Source: Utricularia gibba (taxonomy: Eukaryota; Plantae; Magnoliophyta). From it: a stretch of 64,000 nucleotides of DNA. The notes below the pieces were generated by a model that worked only from the letters and a program-made list of their open reading frames with translations, was not told the origin of the DNA and did no database searches. A program made the translations under genes and the position numbers. The DNA lies in the NCBI GenBank assembly GCA_002189035.1, contig CM007990.1, positions 2,418,001-2,482,000 on the forward strand. The letters run 5' to 3'. Positions 13,001-26,566 of this stretch are shown here, one piece after another. The number at the start of each line of letters is the position of its first letter. Within the stretch, counting starts at the first letter, position 1.

Positions 13001-16000
13001 TGATTCAATGAAGTAAGTGATGCAAAGATGACCAAACAAGTTCTTGTGGGATTTTCCATCGGAAGATATAAAAATGTAGTGCTATGTGATGTTGTACCTA
13101 TGCATGCTAGTCATATTCTTTTGAGGAGGCCATGGGAATATGATAGAAGAGCATTCCAGGATGGTTTTAAGAATAAGTATTCCTTCAGTCATAATGGATG
13201 CTCAATTACACTTACTCCATTATCTCCAAGGGAGGCTCATGAAGATCAAGTCAGAATCCTGAGTGATGTTAAAGCACTACATGGTGCAAATGGAAATCAC
13301 AAGGAGGTCGTGCTTGAGGGAGGAAAAGGAAAAGAGAGTGGAGTGAAAAAGAATGAAAAAAAGATTAGAAAAAGTGGAGAGAAAACAAGATGTAGGAAAG
13401 AATTGAGTGGGAAAAATGGTGAGAATGAGTGGAAAACAGAAAGTGGAAACATGAGAGTGATAGAATTTGAGAGAAAGAATTCATGCTAGATAACCATTAC
13501 CTAACAACGCTCAACTCATTCCGTCTTCTATTTTGTCTCTCTAACAAGTATATTAAGATGTATTTCCAAAGAAATTCAGGGATTGACTCTCATCAAAGGG
13601 ATTGAGCATCAAATTGATTTTGTGCCTGAAGCATAACTACCTAACTCACCAACATACCATGCCAATCTAGAGGAAACAAAGGAAATACAAATTCAAGTTG
13701 ACGAATTAATGTCTAAAGAATTTGTTCGAGAAAGCATGAGCCCTTGCTCTGTGCCAGTTTAATTGGTTCCAAAATCTAATGGAACTTGGCATACGTGCAC
13801 TGATTGTCGGGCCATCAAAAACATCACTATCAAGTATAGATATCCTGTCCGTAGACTTGAAGATATGCTTGATAAATTGCATGGTACTTGTGTTTTTAGT
13901 AAGATTGGTTTGAGAAGTGGATATCACCATATTAGAATGAAGGAAGGTGATGAATGAACAACTACTTTTAAAACCAAGTTTGGTTTGTATGAGTGGGTTG
14001 TTATCCGTTTTGGTTTGACTAATGTTCCTAGGACCTTTATGAGATTGATGAATAATGTTTTTAGGCCTTTTATAGGTAGCTCTTTGATGGTATTCTGATT
14101 TATAGCAAGAGTCTTTAGAAACATGTGTATCATTTGAGGGATGTGTTAGATACTCTTAATAAATAGAAGTTGTTTGCTAACATTAAGAAGTATGTCTTTT
14201 GCACGAATACTGTCTCTTTTCTTGAATATGTTGTTAGTGATGTAGGAATAGCTGTAGATGAAGAGAAAGTGCAAGCAATTAGAGAATGACAAATACCTAA
14301 TTGTGAGGAGTTTCCATGGCTTATCAAGTTTCTATAGATGATTTGTTAAGGATTTCAGCACCATAACAGGACCCCTCACTCAATTAATAAAAAAATCATC
14401 CATTTCATTGGGAAGACGAGCAAGAACATTGCTTCAAACAACTTAAGAATAAACGTTGGTCAACACCTCTCCTAACTCTTCCAAATTTTTCTGATACTTT
14501 TAAAATTGAATGTGATGCATCAGGTTTAGGTATTGGTGTTGTATTGATGCAAAATGGACGTCCACTTGTTTATTCTCGTGAGAAGCTTCATGGTGCCACT
14601 CTCAACTATCCAATATATGACAAAGAGTTGTATGCATCGGTTAGAGCTTTGAAACATAGCAGCACTACTTGTGGCCTAAGGAGTTTGTGATACACATTGA
14701 TCATGAGTCTCTCAAATATTTCAATGGTCAAGTAAAGCTAAATAGAAGACATGCTAAGTAGGTGGAATTCATTGACACATTCTCATATGTGATAAAATAC
14801 AAGAAAAGTAAAGAGAATGTGGTAGCTGATGGTTTCTCTAGTAGGTACACTCTTTTAGCCAATGTTAATACAAGAATGCTTGAATTGATTCCATTTGACT
14901 TATAGGCTCATGATCATGATTTCGGAAATATTTATAAGGCATGTGAACTTGCTCCATATGGATTATTCTTTAGGAAATATGGCTTTCTTTATAGAAAACA
15001 TAAGCTTTGCATTCCTTCTTGTTCAATAGATAATTTGATTGTTAGGAAAGCTCATGATAGTAGATTAATGAGAAATTTTGGTGTTAAAAAGGCTCTTTAT
15101 ACTCTCACCTAACATTTCTTTTGGCCACACATGAGACGGGATGTTGAAAGAGTTTGTGATAGATATATTCTTTGTGGGAAGGGTAAATCAGCCATTGCCC
15201 TTCATGGTTTGTATACTCCACTTCTTACTCCTTCCCAACCATGGTTTTTTGGGGCTTACCTCGTACCCAAAGGGATAGAGGCTTGATTTGTGTTGTTGTG
15301 GACAGCTTTTCAAAGATGAATCACTTTATTCCCTATCACACAACTGATAATGCATTTCATGTGGCTGATCTCTTTTTTAGAGACGTTGTTAGACTTCATG
15401 GTATACCCCTCACAATTGTCTCTGATTGCAATGCAAGATTTTTCAGTCACTTTTGGAGAGTACTTTGGAGTAATCTTGGCACTAAACTCTTATACTCAAC
15501 AACTTGTCATCCTCAAACTGATGGACAAATTGAGGTAACAAATCGTGCACTTTCTACCTTACTTAGGATTATGATGAAATCTAATCTTAAGACATGGGAG
15601 GAATGTTTTGCCACCTATTGAAGTTGCTTACAATCGAATAGTGCATCTCACTATTAGGTTATCCCCATTTCAAGTGGTTTTTGGCTTTAATGCTCTTACA
15701 CCTTTGGATATGTTATCTTTGATTTAAGATGAGAAAGTTTAGATGACAAGAAAAGGACTGAAGCAATCAGAAGCTTGCATGAGAAGGTGAAACACCAGAT
15801 TGAGTCTAGCAATGTAAAATACGCATCGACCACAAACAAGGGCCTACGTAAAGTTGTATTTGAACCTAGAGATTGGGTTTGGCATCATCTCAAGGAGAGG
15901 TTTCCCACAAAGACGAAGTCAAAACTTCTTCCTTGTGGAGATGGACCTTTCCGAGTTGTTGAATGCATGAATGATAATGCCTAGAAGCTTGATTTTCAGG

Positions 16001-16708
16001 TGAGTTTTCAGTTCATTCAATTTTCAATGTTGATGATTTGTCTCTTTTCGAAATGGATGCAGATTTAGGGATAAATCTTCTTGAAGAAGGGGGATAATGA
16101 ATCCCAACAAGATGATGAAGAGTATTTGAAGAATGATAAGGATGTTGTGCAAGTGAACACTTTGGACAGTAAGATCATTCCACTAGAACTAATGACAAGG
16201 AGCAAGAGCAGGATGGTTGAAGCTACACTAAAGGTTTTACTCAATATTATTGGAATCAAACTTGCGCTTGAAGACTTGCCATTACAGGAATTCAACTACT
16301 TGAAGTTGAATCTACCTTAGAGCCCGATTGCTATTGAACTTGTTAGACTTTCTTTTTTATTTAGTTTGAGCTTAGTAATATTAGAGTTTCATTCTAGGGT
16401 ATAAATACTCTAAGCATTTACTCTTGGAGGACTTTTAGTTCATTTTATGAATCTTGTGAGAAAGTTTTTTCTTCTTTGAGTGTTTGAACATTCTTGACTT
16501 ATCAAGCTTTAGAACTTGTGGTGTCTAAAGATTATCACTTCCAATCCCTCCTTTTTTTGAAGTGTAGCTCCTAATTTTCTTTTCTTTCATAGTCTGGTTG
16601 CAAGAGATTCATTCTCTTGAGGTTAGACTTGGGTGGGTTTTTTTTTAAGCATCAAAATCACCTCATATTCGTGGGTTGGTAATCTCCTTAGATTAGAGGG
16701 TCACATTA
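10051..16708 (+). mobile_element. CRM-lineage chromovirus (Ty3/Gypsy), degenerate; 5' LTR truncated
   Basis: 10051-10244 matches the end of the 3' LTR (16098-16708). PBS TTTGGTATCA at 10245 and PPT GAAGAAGGGGGATAA before 16098. Knuckle KCFKCLGHGHIASKCP, protease IIDGGC, RT (LRSGYHHIRM), RNase H (ECDASG), integrase (HPQTDGQ, GDGPF). An MTRSK CR-like motif lies inside the 3' LTR. Confidence 0.87.
10874..12220 (+). mobile_element. Solo LTR (Athila-like, 1347 bp) nested in the CRM leader
   Basis: TGATA..TATCA termini and perfect TSD GTCAT (10869-10873 / 12221-12225). Homologous to 53915-56303. Confidence 0.9.
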
Positions 16709-16719
16709 CAATCGATGGA

Positions 16720-16870
16720 GAATGCCCTTTTCAAAGCCTGAGATGAGAGACATGGAATACTCGATGAGTACCAACTTCAAGGGGAAACTCCAATTTCTAT
16801 GCTAATACTCCAACTCATTTTTCATTGTAAAGGATCCATAATATTTAAGGTGAGGTTTTGAGTACCTTGT
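16720..16870 (-). mobile_element. Ty3/Gypsy integrase C-terminal fragment
   Basis: Minus strand reads KYYGSF..HRVFHVSHLR, a degenerate GPY/F module. Confidence 0.55.
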
Positions 16871-17215
16871 TCCATATACTCTCCTTTATTGAGGTGTTAC
16901 AAATTTTTGAGGATTTTTAATATTCATGCAAAGTAAGAAGGCAACGAATGCTGACTTGCACACTAGTAAAAAAAAATCACGAAACATAAAGGCAATCATA
17001 TAACCATATATTTGTACGTAAAACACAAAGAAAAATGACATAATCCATCATCCTATTTACCATTGACCATATATGCTCTATCCAAAGTTGAAACCTTCTT
17101 TTATACCTCGACTATGCTCCTATCAATATTTTGATTTTAGCCCAACTTCAGAATTTACAGTAAATTATAATTTACCAGCGCATTGACTACTCACCCAATT
17201 CCATGTGTAGCATAT

Positions 17216-18381
17216 TGATAACACATATTTTTGAGTGGCTCAATGCATGGAATTTACTCATTTTATGCTACAAAAATTAAGCTTAATTGGCTATTTCTTT
17301 ATTTTTGCACATAAATACCATAGGAGTGCACTTTTAGTCTTAGTTGGGACTACATCTACGATTTAGTCCAACAGTTCCTTTCGAGCAATGCAGCATGGGT
17401 CGCAACACAAATCCCAAGGAGCCGAGTATGAACAGTGTGGTGGCAGGAAAGGTGACAGAAGTCTGAAGAAAAGTACACACAAAGTCCAAGGAGGTGAAAA
17501 AGGAAGATTTTGGACAAAAAGGGAGGAAAGGTGGAGAGAGAAGTAGATCTCCCCTTGGAGATTCACGAACACATTTTCTGGGAAGAAGGTTTTCTGGGGA
17601 GGAAGAAGAAGGAAGACAAACAGGAACGAAGCTGAAGTTCAAGATTATTTTCTGTCTTCGAAGAATATTATTCCTAGCTAAGAGTAGCTAGTGACGTTTT
17701 TTCAGTTTTTGTTGACACTTCACATTACTTGCTTGTGTGCTTTTTGGTATTTGACTGTGAAATGAGCACACTATGGGTGATGTTTTCTTTTCCACTTTCG
17801 TTTACCTTAAGCATGAGTGGCTAAGTACTTAGGGGGGTGCCTTGGGGTAAAAAGGGGAGAAACATGTTAATCAACCTTTAGATCTAAACAACCATGAGTC
17901 ACGTCACTTCCTTAACAAACCAGAATAGATCCAAGAGGGGGAAGTAGTGAAACCCAACTTAACAACCCTAATTAGAGGTAGACCAAAGATTAGGGGAAAA
18001 ACAAGAATCCGGGTAGACCTAGATCTTGTGAGTTAATTGTATGATTTGTGGTTTGTGTGAGTTTGTTTAATGATGAGCATACATCCCCTAGGAGTCCCAA
18101 GGCATCACCCATTCCATTCCAGAAACAACCGAACTCTAGAACTTATTACTTTTCTTTACTGTATTTCGTTTTAGTTCTGCCTTAGTCCTAGCTAAGACCA
18201 ATTTTACCAACGTGACATTGATTCCTTGCATAGACCTTCACATAGCAAGCACCTAGCTCCTTGTGTTCGACCCCTAGTCCACTATGCTCATAATTGTTTT
18301 ATACTTGAATGTGTATTAGGTTATAAATTTATTTGATAGGAAAGTTTACATTAACGACATTGCATAATTTTCCGTTTATCA
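17216..18381 (+). mobile_element. Solo LTR (Athila-like, 1166 bp)
   Basis: TGATAA..TTATCA termini and perfect TSD CATAT (17211-17215 / 18382-18386). An inverted relative lies at 30197-31146. Confidence 0.9.
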
Positions 18382-18930
18382 CATATTCCTTACATTTTCC
18401 TCAAGTTGAAAATGCTTCTCCTTCACACATGTTTTTCCTAAGTTGGAGTGTATTGTTAATTTACAATAGTGACCTACTTGTCTAAACCATGTTAACCTTA
18501 ATGTCATAGCCTAATTTGTTGTTAGCCTATCCTAGTGTAATGCTTGCTCTTTCTCTTGTTGTTACTTATTGCTCTTTCATTTATTTATAGTCATAGTGCT
18601 CTGAATTAGGTATCTCACACCTTGCTAGAAAATTAATGCTTTGCATTCGGGTTTACTCTATTGTGGAAAGCAAACTCTCAGGTTAAGGGGTTCTTTAGTT
18701 GCATCGAGATGGAAAACCCAGGTTTTAATTATTAAAGTATATGTAACCTTAGTTATAAAAAAAAGTGATTGCTTGATAGGTGTAGAATTATCTTATTTTT
18801 GTTTAGTTAAAAGGTTTGATAACTATGTTTTTACTATTTATAATGAAATAAGAAAATTACCCTTTTTATAAAAAAATGAATAAGTGCACCCTTTTGAAGT
18901 GTGCAACACTATTGTTTTCAACTCCCCCAT

Positions 18931-19025
18931 TGATGATAATTCTACAAGTGCATAGAAACCATCGAAAATAATAAAATATGATCAAATCTACCGAAATTGT
19001 CACTAGAATTTTCTTTTAGTTTGAA
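18931..19025 (-). repeat. LTR-end fragment of the family at 37220-38368
   Basis: TGATGATAATTCTACAAGTGCATAGAAACC.. aligns with 37220 onward. Confidence 0.5.
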
Positions 19026-19229
19026 ATTGAATGTTTGTTGTTGTTTCACTTATAAGTATTATTTTTTATAAGAATTGATTGTTTGTTATTGTTTGTAGTT
19101 TAAAATTATTTTTCGATCGAACATATCTCTTTCTTCATTGTGGTGATAAAGTTTCCCTATTCAAATCTATACATCATTTATAACTATTGTTTGTTATGTT
19201 CTATTTTTTATAGGAGAATAGCCAATATA

Positions 19230-20320
19230 GGTGATTAGAGGCTAGAACACCCTTGTTCCTTGATTTATTAGCTCAAGTTTGATATACTATAGGAAGTTTG
19301 GATAAAGGAAATACATTCCTACTCCTAATGATGATGTTTTTTATGACGATTGTGGCGATGATGGTGAGCCTTTGTTATCTATCAGAGATACATAGCTAGA
19401 GGAATGAGATTTTTTATATCCATTGGACACACAATATACTCCACCTAAGATAGAAAAGGTAGGGTTGGAGAGCTTAGAGTCCTTAAAATATTCTATAGAA
19501 AAATGTATTTAGATATAAGATGCCGTAAATACCATTGTCAAAGGAGGTCAAGCCTATTTACATCTTTTTAAATTGTTCAAGAATTGCCAAAATCAAGAGA
19601 TCTTCATGTCTTTGTAGGATTCATATATTTGAAAATATTACATTGAAGGTAAGATTTTGAATTCACTATGTACATGTAGCAGTGGAAATATCGATTTATT
19701 TACTACGAGATTTGATGCGACATCACCACCAAAATGCTGAGGTATTTAAATCGTTAACTATAACATATTGTTTATGTTATTAATGGTTTGTTTTCCATGC
19801 AAATTAGAGAATCTTTCATTATATAAAAGTTGGATGATGTTTTTAATTGTGTTTTAATTTGATGTGCTTGCTATGATTGAACTCTAGTTGTATGTGAGAA
19901 TTGATCTTTGAGTATTTTTTTAGGTAAATAACAACTAGAGGGTACAAAAATCCATGAGAGTACTTCAATCACAAACATTTATTGCTTTGAAATGTAATCG
20001 AGAGATCATTTGGAGTATGGAAGAAGAAATTCCATATGGTGAATGATGTGCCAATAAATATGAAATTTAGGCACCAAGTCACATTAGTAGTAGCTACAAT
20101 GGTTATACACAATTGGCTTCATCATCTAAATGCTGAAGATGATGACGCTCTCTCTTGGAATATATGGGTTAAAGTAGCGATGTGTCTAATAATAGGGAGC
20201 TAGAAGAAGAGGAAGAACCTGATGATGATGAAATGAAATCATGAATATGATCAATCTATGGATGCTCTTTGTGATTCCATTGCAAATCAATTATGGGTTA
20301 CTTATCGAGCAAGAATGTAA
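19230..20320 (+). mobile_element. PIF/Harbinger transposase relic (internally deleted)
   Basis: NVIERSFGVWKKKF, VVATMVIHNW and the terminal MDALCDSIANQLW motif. Confidence 0.65.
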
Positions 20321-20689
20321 TGTAATGTAATGTCTTTGATTTTTGATGTTTTAATATTATGTACTCTACTTTGATAGTTTGTCATCAAAATTATTTGCAA
20401 TTAATGTGCATTAATATAAGAAATTACAGTATTATAGTCACTTCTACTTATAGAAAATTTTAAATTTTTTTGCTATTCATTTACAATCTACTTCTACATT
20501 TATTATACAATAATTTCTACTTGTCAATTAAGTAGAAGATTAAGGTTGTACCCTTAATGTAAGTCAATAGCTAATTTTATTCCACAAACCAAAACATGTA
20601 GATGTCATATCCAAGAAAAAGCATTTAAGAAAACACAACTATTAATAAAAACCCACAAATAGTGCATCCAAATATAGATGAAAAGAAAT

Positions 20690-21700
20690 TAGCATCAATT
20701 ATGGTACATGTTCAATGCGATGTCATCCCTCCAAGAATTCCTTGTCAATGAGCTATCAATTATTGAAATATATTCTTCTCCTTCCAATCCCTCTTCGCTA
20801 TTGAAATCCATTGAAATCTCTTTGTCTAGTGGATCATGTGATGCTGTAGAATAAAGTTTTTGCAGTAAGGAATATGCCAAACTGATGTGGTTTTGTGTGG
20901 TAATGGGATAAAAAGATGGGCTACATAATATACCCTTTCACATTCTCATCACAACCTAGGCTCATTCAATTAGGTTTCTTGCTTTCACATGCTACCTATT
21001 GCAATTCGCATCTTCATTATGATATACATAGTAGTAATCTACACATACACATATTAGAATGGAAAAATGTAACAAAAGTTATTTGTATACCTTTTGGCAC
21101 CCTTAGCCCATTTGCTATCAAGATTGCATGTTGATGTACTGAATTATCACCTACAGATCCCTCCCACCCCCTTGATATTTGCATGAATTGTAGATTCGGA
21201 GTACAGACACTTAAAACATTAACAACCTTTCTACACTTCCTACTAAAGTATCTTGCGTGTGCCTCTAGCTTAACTCGAACATACACATGTACTGTCAAAA
21301 GCCCCCCAAGCATTTTACAATTACAAGCTTTTGTAATAAACAAACGAATAATGCATCCAAACACCAAGATATTTCCTGGAAGTATTTGAAGGATGGAGTG
21401 ATATTATCATTATTGGTGAGTTGAAGCATTGCTAGAAAAATGTCATGTAGTTTGAGAACTGCGGTGAGAATCCTTTTGAGCATCATATTGATTGTCCATG
21501 TAGAACATTGAAACGTATTTTTTATTATACATTGTTTCCGATGATCTGCCAATATCCCTAAGAAAGTAACAATCATCTTTGAAACTGCCACATTTTTCGA
21601 TGCTCATAATCATGAATAATCCGAAAAAGCATACTCAACATTCCAAAGACCTCTTAAATTTTTATTAACTCATCTAAACAAGTGAAGTATCATCTATAAT
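20690..21700 (-). pseudogene. PIF/Harbinger DDE transposase pseudogene
   Basis: ORFs 21295-21591, 21017-21367 and 20695-20880 carry FLGILADH, VNVLSVCTPNLQF..GWEGS and NGLRVPKG, split by frameshifts. Confidence 0.8.
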
Positions 21701-22280
21701 GAATTGTGACAATCTTCTTAATTGTCAAGGAATCCTACTATGTAATGAATACCTATAGGATGAGGGCATAAGAATTCCACTATTGGCCTCCTACATCATA
21801 CCCATCCACTAAATAATAATCCACATTGAAATAACAAAAATACAATTTCTTCATCACCAATTGACACATGTTGTAAAAGAATCTAACAATCACAACTATA
21901 GTCCCCAAGAACAGATGAAAAATGTAGTTGCTAGAAAAAAAATTATATATTAATTGAGCCTATGCAAGGGAAATCACCATCAATAAAAGCTAATTGAAGG
22001 AGACTAGGTTGGGAGGTAGAGTTGTGGGACCTCATAGAAAAGCATGAGAACCATCACTTTATCTATGAAAAAGGTGGCTATAGGTGTAGTAATAGAACAT
22101 TCTTGTCTTTAGGAAATTAATGTATCACATGATGGACCTTCATCCCATCTATTTTGTCCAAGAAATATTCATCTTTTGTGGTTTCGAGAGGCAAGAATTC
22201 TTTGACTATATATAAGAAACAAATAAGGCACAAGATTGATGAAAAGGTAGCAATATAGGGCATGAATTGGAAGGCCTAGT

Positions 22281-25200
22281 TGTTGAAGAGTACACTTGAA
22301 CTGGTCCTTATGCTAACAAGGAGTTGCGGTTGAAGATGGAAACTGCTTGTGCTGAGCAGTTTTAGTTAGTTTCTTAGTATCAGTTTTTATAGATAAGAAT
22401 AGGTAGTTGTGTTGTTTTGTTTAAAAGGGTATGTTGTTTACATTTAGCAGTGTGGGTAATTAATCAGAAAAAAGGCTTGTTCTTCGAGCACAATCGCCCT
22501 GTTTTCATTCTAGTTTCTTTAGCTTTTCCAATTCATTCCAACAAAGTGGTATCAGAGCCTTAAGATCCTATGTCTAACACACCATCTCTTCCTGTCCCTG
22601 CACTGATGAAAGAAAATTATGCTAACTGGAGCATACGCATGCAAGCTTTGTTTGGAGTTTATGAAGTTGGTGATGTCATCACCTTCGATGCTGCTGAGGG
22701 AAATGCAACTGCTGACCATATAGCAGTTGCTATTGAGGAAGCCCATGACATTAGTAACATGTCATTGGATAATTTGAGTAGTTCCTTACAAGCTTATGAG
22801 GCCTGCTTGAAGGGACGAGAAGAACTCACTGCTCAATTGCTACAGGCTAAAACCACCGTGAGATTAGAAAAGTGATCTCATAGAATGGCCCTCTAGAGGT
22901 CGAGGGCATGGACGTTTTTCCAACAAGGGTCGTGGAAAGGGAAGAGAGAGTTATCAATCTAGGTCTTCTGACAAGGAGTTCAAGTCCTCTTCTACAAGAG
23001 GTAGAGGAAGATGGCATACTAGAGGTAGGGGAGGATGGAAGAATGGCGGAAGAAAAATGGATAAGTCAAATATTGAATGCTATTCATGTCACAGAAAAGG
23101 TAATTTTTCATGGGAGTGTCGGCATAACAATGATGAAGGACAACAATCACATTTTTCTGAAACACAAAGAAGAGGAGGAGAGTCCAATTCTTCTTATAGC
23201 TGTTATGGACATCCCTTCAGACTTGGAAAAATGGTATCTTGACTCTGGTGTAAGCAGTCATATGTGAGGTTGCAGACACATGTTTTATGAGTTGAATGAA
23301 ACTCATAGAGGAGATATTACGCTTGGAGACTCCTCTAAAATTGTAGTTCACGGCAGAGGGATGAAGACTAGTATCCTGAGTCTTGGACAGCTATTAGAGA
23401 AGGGCTATTCACTCTACTCGCATGACATGACCTCGATGCTATTAAACGACATGGGAGCCATTATGGCACATTTAAAGATGTCGGCCAACAGGCTTTTTTC
23501 TCTCCACCTTAATTATGACAAACCCATGTGCTTAAAGATCTCCTATAACGAAGAACCTTGGGTATGGCACATGCGCTATGGACATACCAACTTTGGATAT
23601 CTCCAACGGTTAAGCAAAAATGGTATGGTTAAAGGACTTCCTATCATCAGCCATCCGAATCAATTATGTGAGGGATGTCGGGTGAGAAAGCAGTCTTGGC
23701 ATAACATTCCCAAAGAAGCCACTTTTAGAGCAAAACAACCACTTGAGTTGGTCCACGTTGATGTTTGTGGACCCATCAAACCATGTTCAATTGGAGGCAA
23801 CCATTATTTTCTGTTATTTGTGGATGATTTCTCAAGGAAAATTTGGATTTATTTTCTGAAGCAAAAGTCTGAAGTGTTTGAGCATTTTCGAAATTTTCAT
23901 GCTATGGTTGAAAGGCAAAGTGGGCTCACACTCAAGTGCATATGATCTGATAGGGGAGGAGAGTTTACTCCAAATCGCTTTGTTCATTTTTGCGAAATAC
24001 TTGGGATTCGAAATGCACTCACAACAGCGTACTCACCTCATTAGAATGGGGTTGTGGAAAGACGAAATCGCATGGTAATGAACATGGTAAGATGTCTATT
24101 AAGAACAAAAGGCATGCCAAAGGAGTTCTGGGCTGATGCAGTGAGCATGGCAGTGTACATGCTTAACAAAGTCATTACTAAAAATTTGCAACAAATGACT
24201 CCACAGAAGGCTTGGAATGGGATAAAACCAAATGTTTCTCATTTGTAGATTTTTAGTAGCCTTGCGTATATGCACATTTCTGATGAGAAACATGGCAAGT
24301 TGGATGAAAAGAGCAAGAAACTGATTTTTCTAGGTTATGATTCATGCTCAAAAGGCTACAAATTGTTTGATCTTGAAAAGGGAGAAGTTCACTCTAGTTC
24401 TGATGTTATGTTCGATGAGATTGGTAGCTGGGATTGGAACCAGCATAATGTATCTCACCGTCAACTTTTATGATGACTTTGATGCTGCAGATGATATTGG
24501 TGCTCCTGATCATGACAACTCAGCACCTATTTTTCCATTGGCTGATGGACAGCAAGGTCCTGATGTAACATCAAGCTCTCCTAGTGCCGGCCCACAAGGG
24601 ACCAGATCCCTTTCAAACATTTATCAGTGGTCCTACTCCATGGCTGCGGATATTAATTTTCTTGACTACTATTTTTACTTAGATGATGCTCCAACAAGCT
24701 AGGAAGAGGCTTTCAGGTTACCCATGTGGCGGAAGGCCATGGATGAAGAAATCCTCTCCATTTAGAAAATCAAGACTTGGATGTTGGCTGATCTTCCTCT
24801 AGGTCATGATGCTATTGGTGTTAAGTAGATATTTAAGATAAAGAAGACTGCTGGTGGAGAGGTGGAAAGGTACAAGGCCAGGTTGGCCAAAGGATATAAA
24901 CAAAAAGAGGGAGTTGATTATGATGAAGTTTTTGCACCGGTCTCTTGTATAGAGATGGTAAGATTACTAAATGCCCTTGGTGCCCATCATGGTTGGAAGA
25001 TATTTCAACTTGATGTCAAAACTGCCCTCTTAAATGGCATTTTGGAGGAGGAGGTTTACCTCTAACAACCACCTGGGTATGTGGTGGAAGGAGCTGAAAC
25101 CAAGGTTCTACATCTGCAAAAAGCCTTATATGGCTTGAAGCAAGCTTCAAGAGCTTAGAATGCATGGATCGATCGTTATTTTCAGAAAATGGGGTTCCTC

Positions 25201-26487
25201 CATTGCCCTCATGGGCATGCCTTGTATGTTCGAACCATAGAGTCTGGTAAGCTACTCATTATATATCTCTATGTTGATGACTTAATTGTCACTGGATCAG
25301 ATGCTGAAGGCGCAGAAAACTTTAAGAGTCTATGCAGAAAGAGTTTGAGATGACACATTTAGGTCTCATGTCATTTTATCTTGGCCTTAAAGTAAAGCAA
25401 TCAGATGCAGGCATATTCCTTTCTCAAGCACGGTTTAAAAGACATTATGAGAAATTTAATATGCATGAAAGTAATAGTGTCATGATGCCTGTTGAATCTG
25501 GCCTTAAGCTTTTTTCTGATAATGCCTTTTTTGAATCAGTAGATGCCTCAAATTATAGGAGTTTGGTTGGAAGCTTAAGGTACCTTACGAGTACTAGACC
25601 TGACATACTCTTTGGAGTTGGGTTAGTCTGCAGGTTTATGAAAAAGCCAACTCAAACTCATATGAAGGCTGCAAGGAGAATTCTACATTATGTAAGAGGC
25701 ACTATTGATCATGGCATCTTGAATACAAGGTCTGGAAATCCTGAATCACATGGGTTCAGTGATAATGACTGGGCAGGGAATAAAGATGACTCAAAGAGCA
25801 CAATTGGGTTTGTGTTCTTCATGGGAAATTCAGCGTTCGCGTGGACTTCAAAAAAGCAACCCATTTTGACTCTCTCTACGTGTGAAGCTGAGTATGTGGC
25901 AGCCAATGCTTGTGTCTGCCATGGTGTTTGGCTCAGGCTTCGACTTGCAAAAATTGGGTATATGCAATCTACGCCAACGAAGATATATGTTGACAACAAA
26001 TCTGCAATATCTTTAGGGAAGAACCCAATGATGCATGAGTGAAGTAAACACATTGAGATCAGGTTTCACTTTATCCGGGAGTGCATCAAAGACAAGAAAA
26101 TTGAGTTCTATTCGTTAAAGTTGACGATCAGATCGCAGATATCTTCACCAAGCCGCTGAAGCTTAGTTCTCTCAGCTGCATCATTTTCTGGGTTTACGAA
26201 GTGGTTCAAGTTTAAGGGAGGCTGTTGAAGAGTACACTTGAACCGGTCCTTATGCTGATGAGGAGGAGTTGTGGTTGAAGATGGAAACTGCTTGTGCTGA
26301 GCAGTTTTAGTTAGTTTCTTAGTATCAATTTTTATAGATAAGAATAAGTAGTTGCGTTGTTTTTTTAAAGCGGTATGTTGTTTACATTTAGCAGTGTGGG
26401 TAATTAATCAGAAAAAAGGCTTGTTCTTCGAGCACAATCATGCTATTTTCATTCTGGTTTCTTCAACTTTTCCGATTCATTCCAACA
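22281..26487 (+). mobile_element. Full-boundary Ty1/Copia (ONSEN/Ivana-like gag), 4207 bp, coding region disrupted
   Basis: LTRs 22281-22543 and 26223-26487 (about 93% identical by eye), TSD CTAGT, PBS TGGTATCAGAGC at 22547-22558 and PPT before 26223. Protease WYLDSG, integrase HVDVCGP, RT LYVDD and RNase H VDNKSAI motifs. Confidence 0.95.
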
Positions 26488-26566
26488 CTAGTGACATTAA
26501 AAAGAAACTATGTAGATGTTATGTAGAAACAACAACCCTCCTTTGAACGTTGTTGAAAGATAGAGG

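Noticed and set aside
22281-22543. Heat-shock elements in the ONSEN-like LTR
   Set aside because: No run of alternating nGAAn/nTTCn units is visible.
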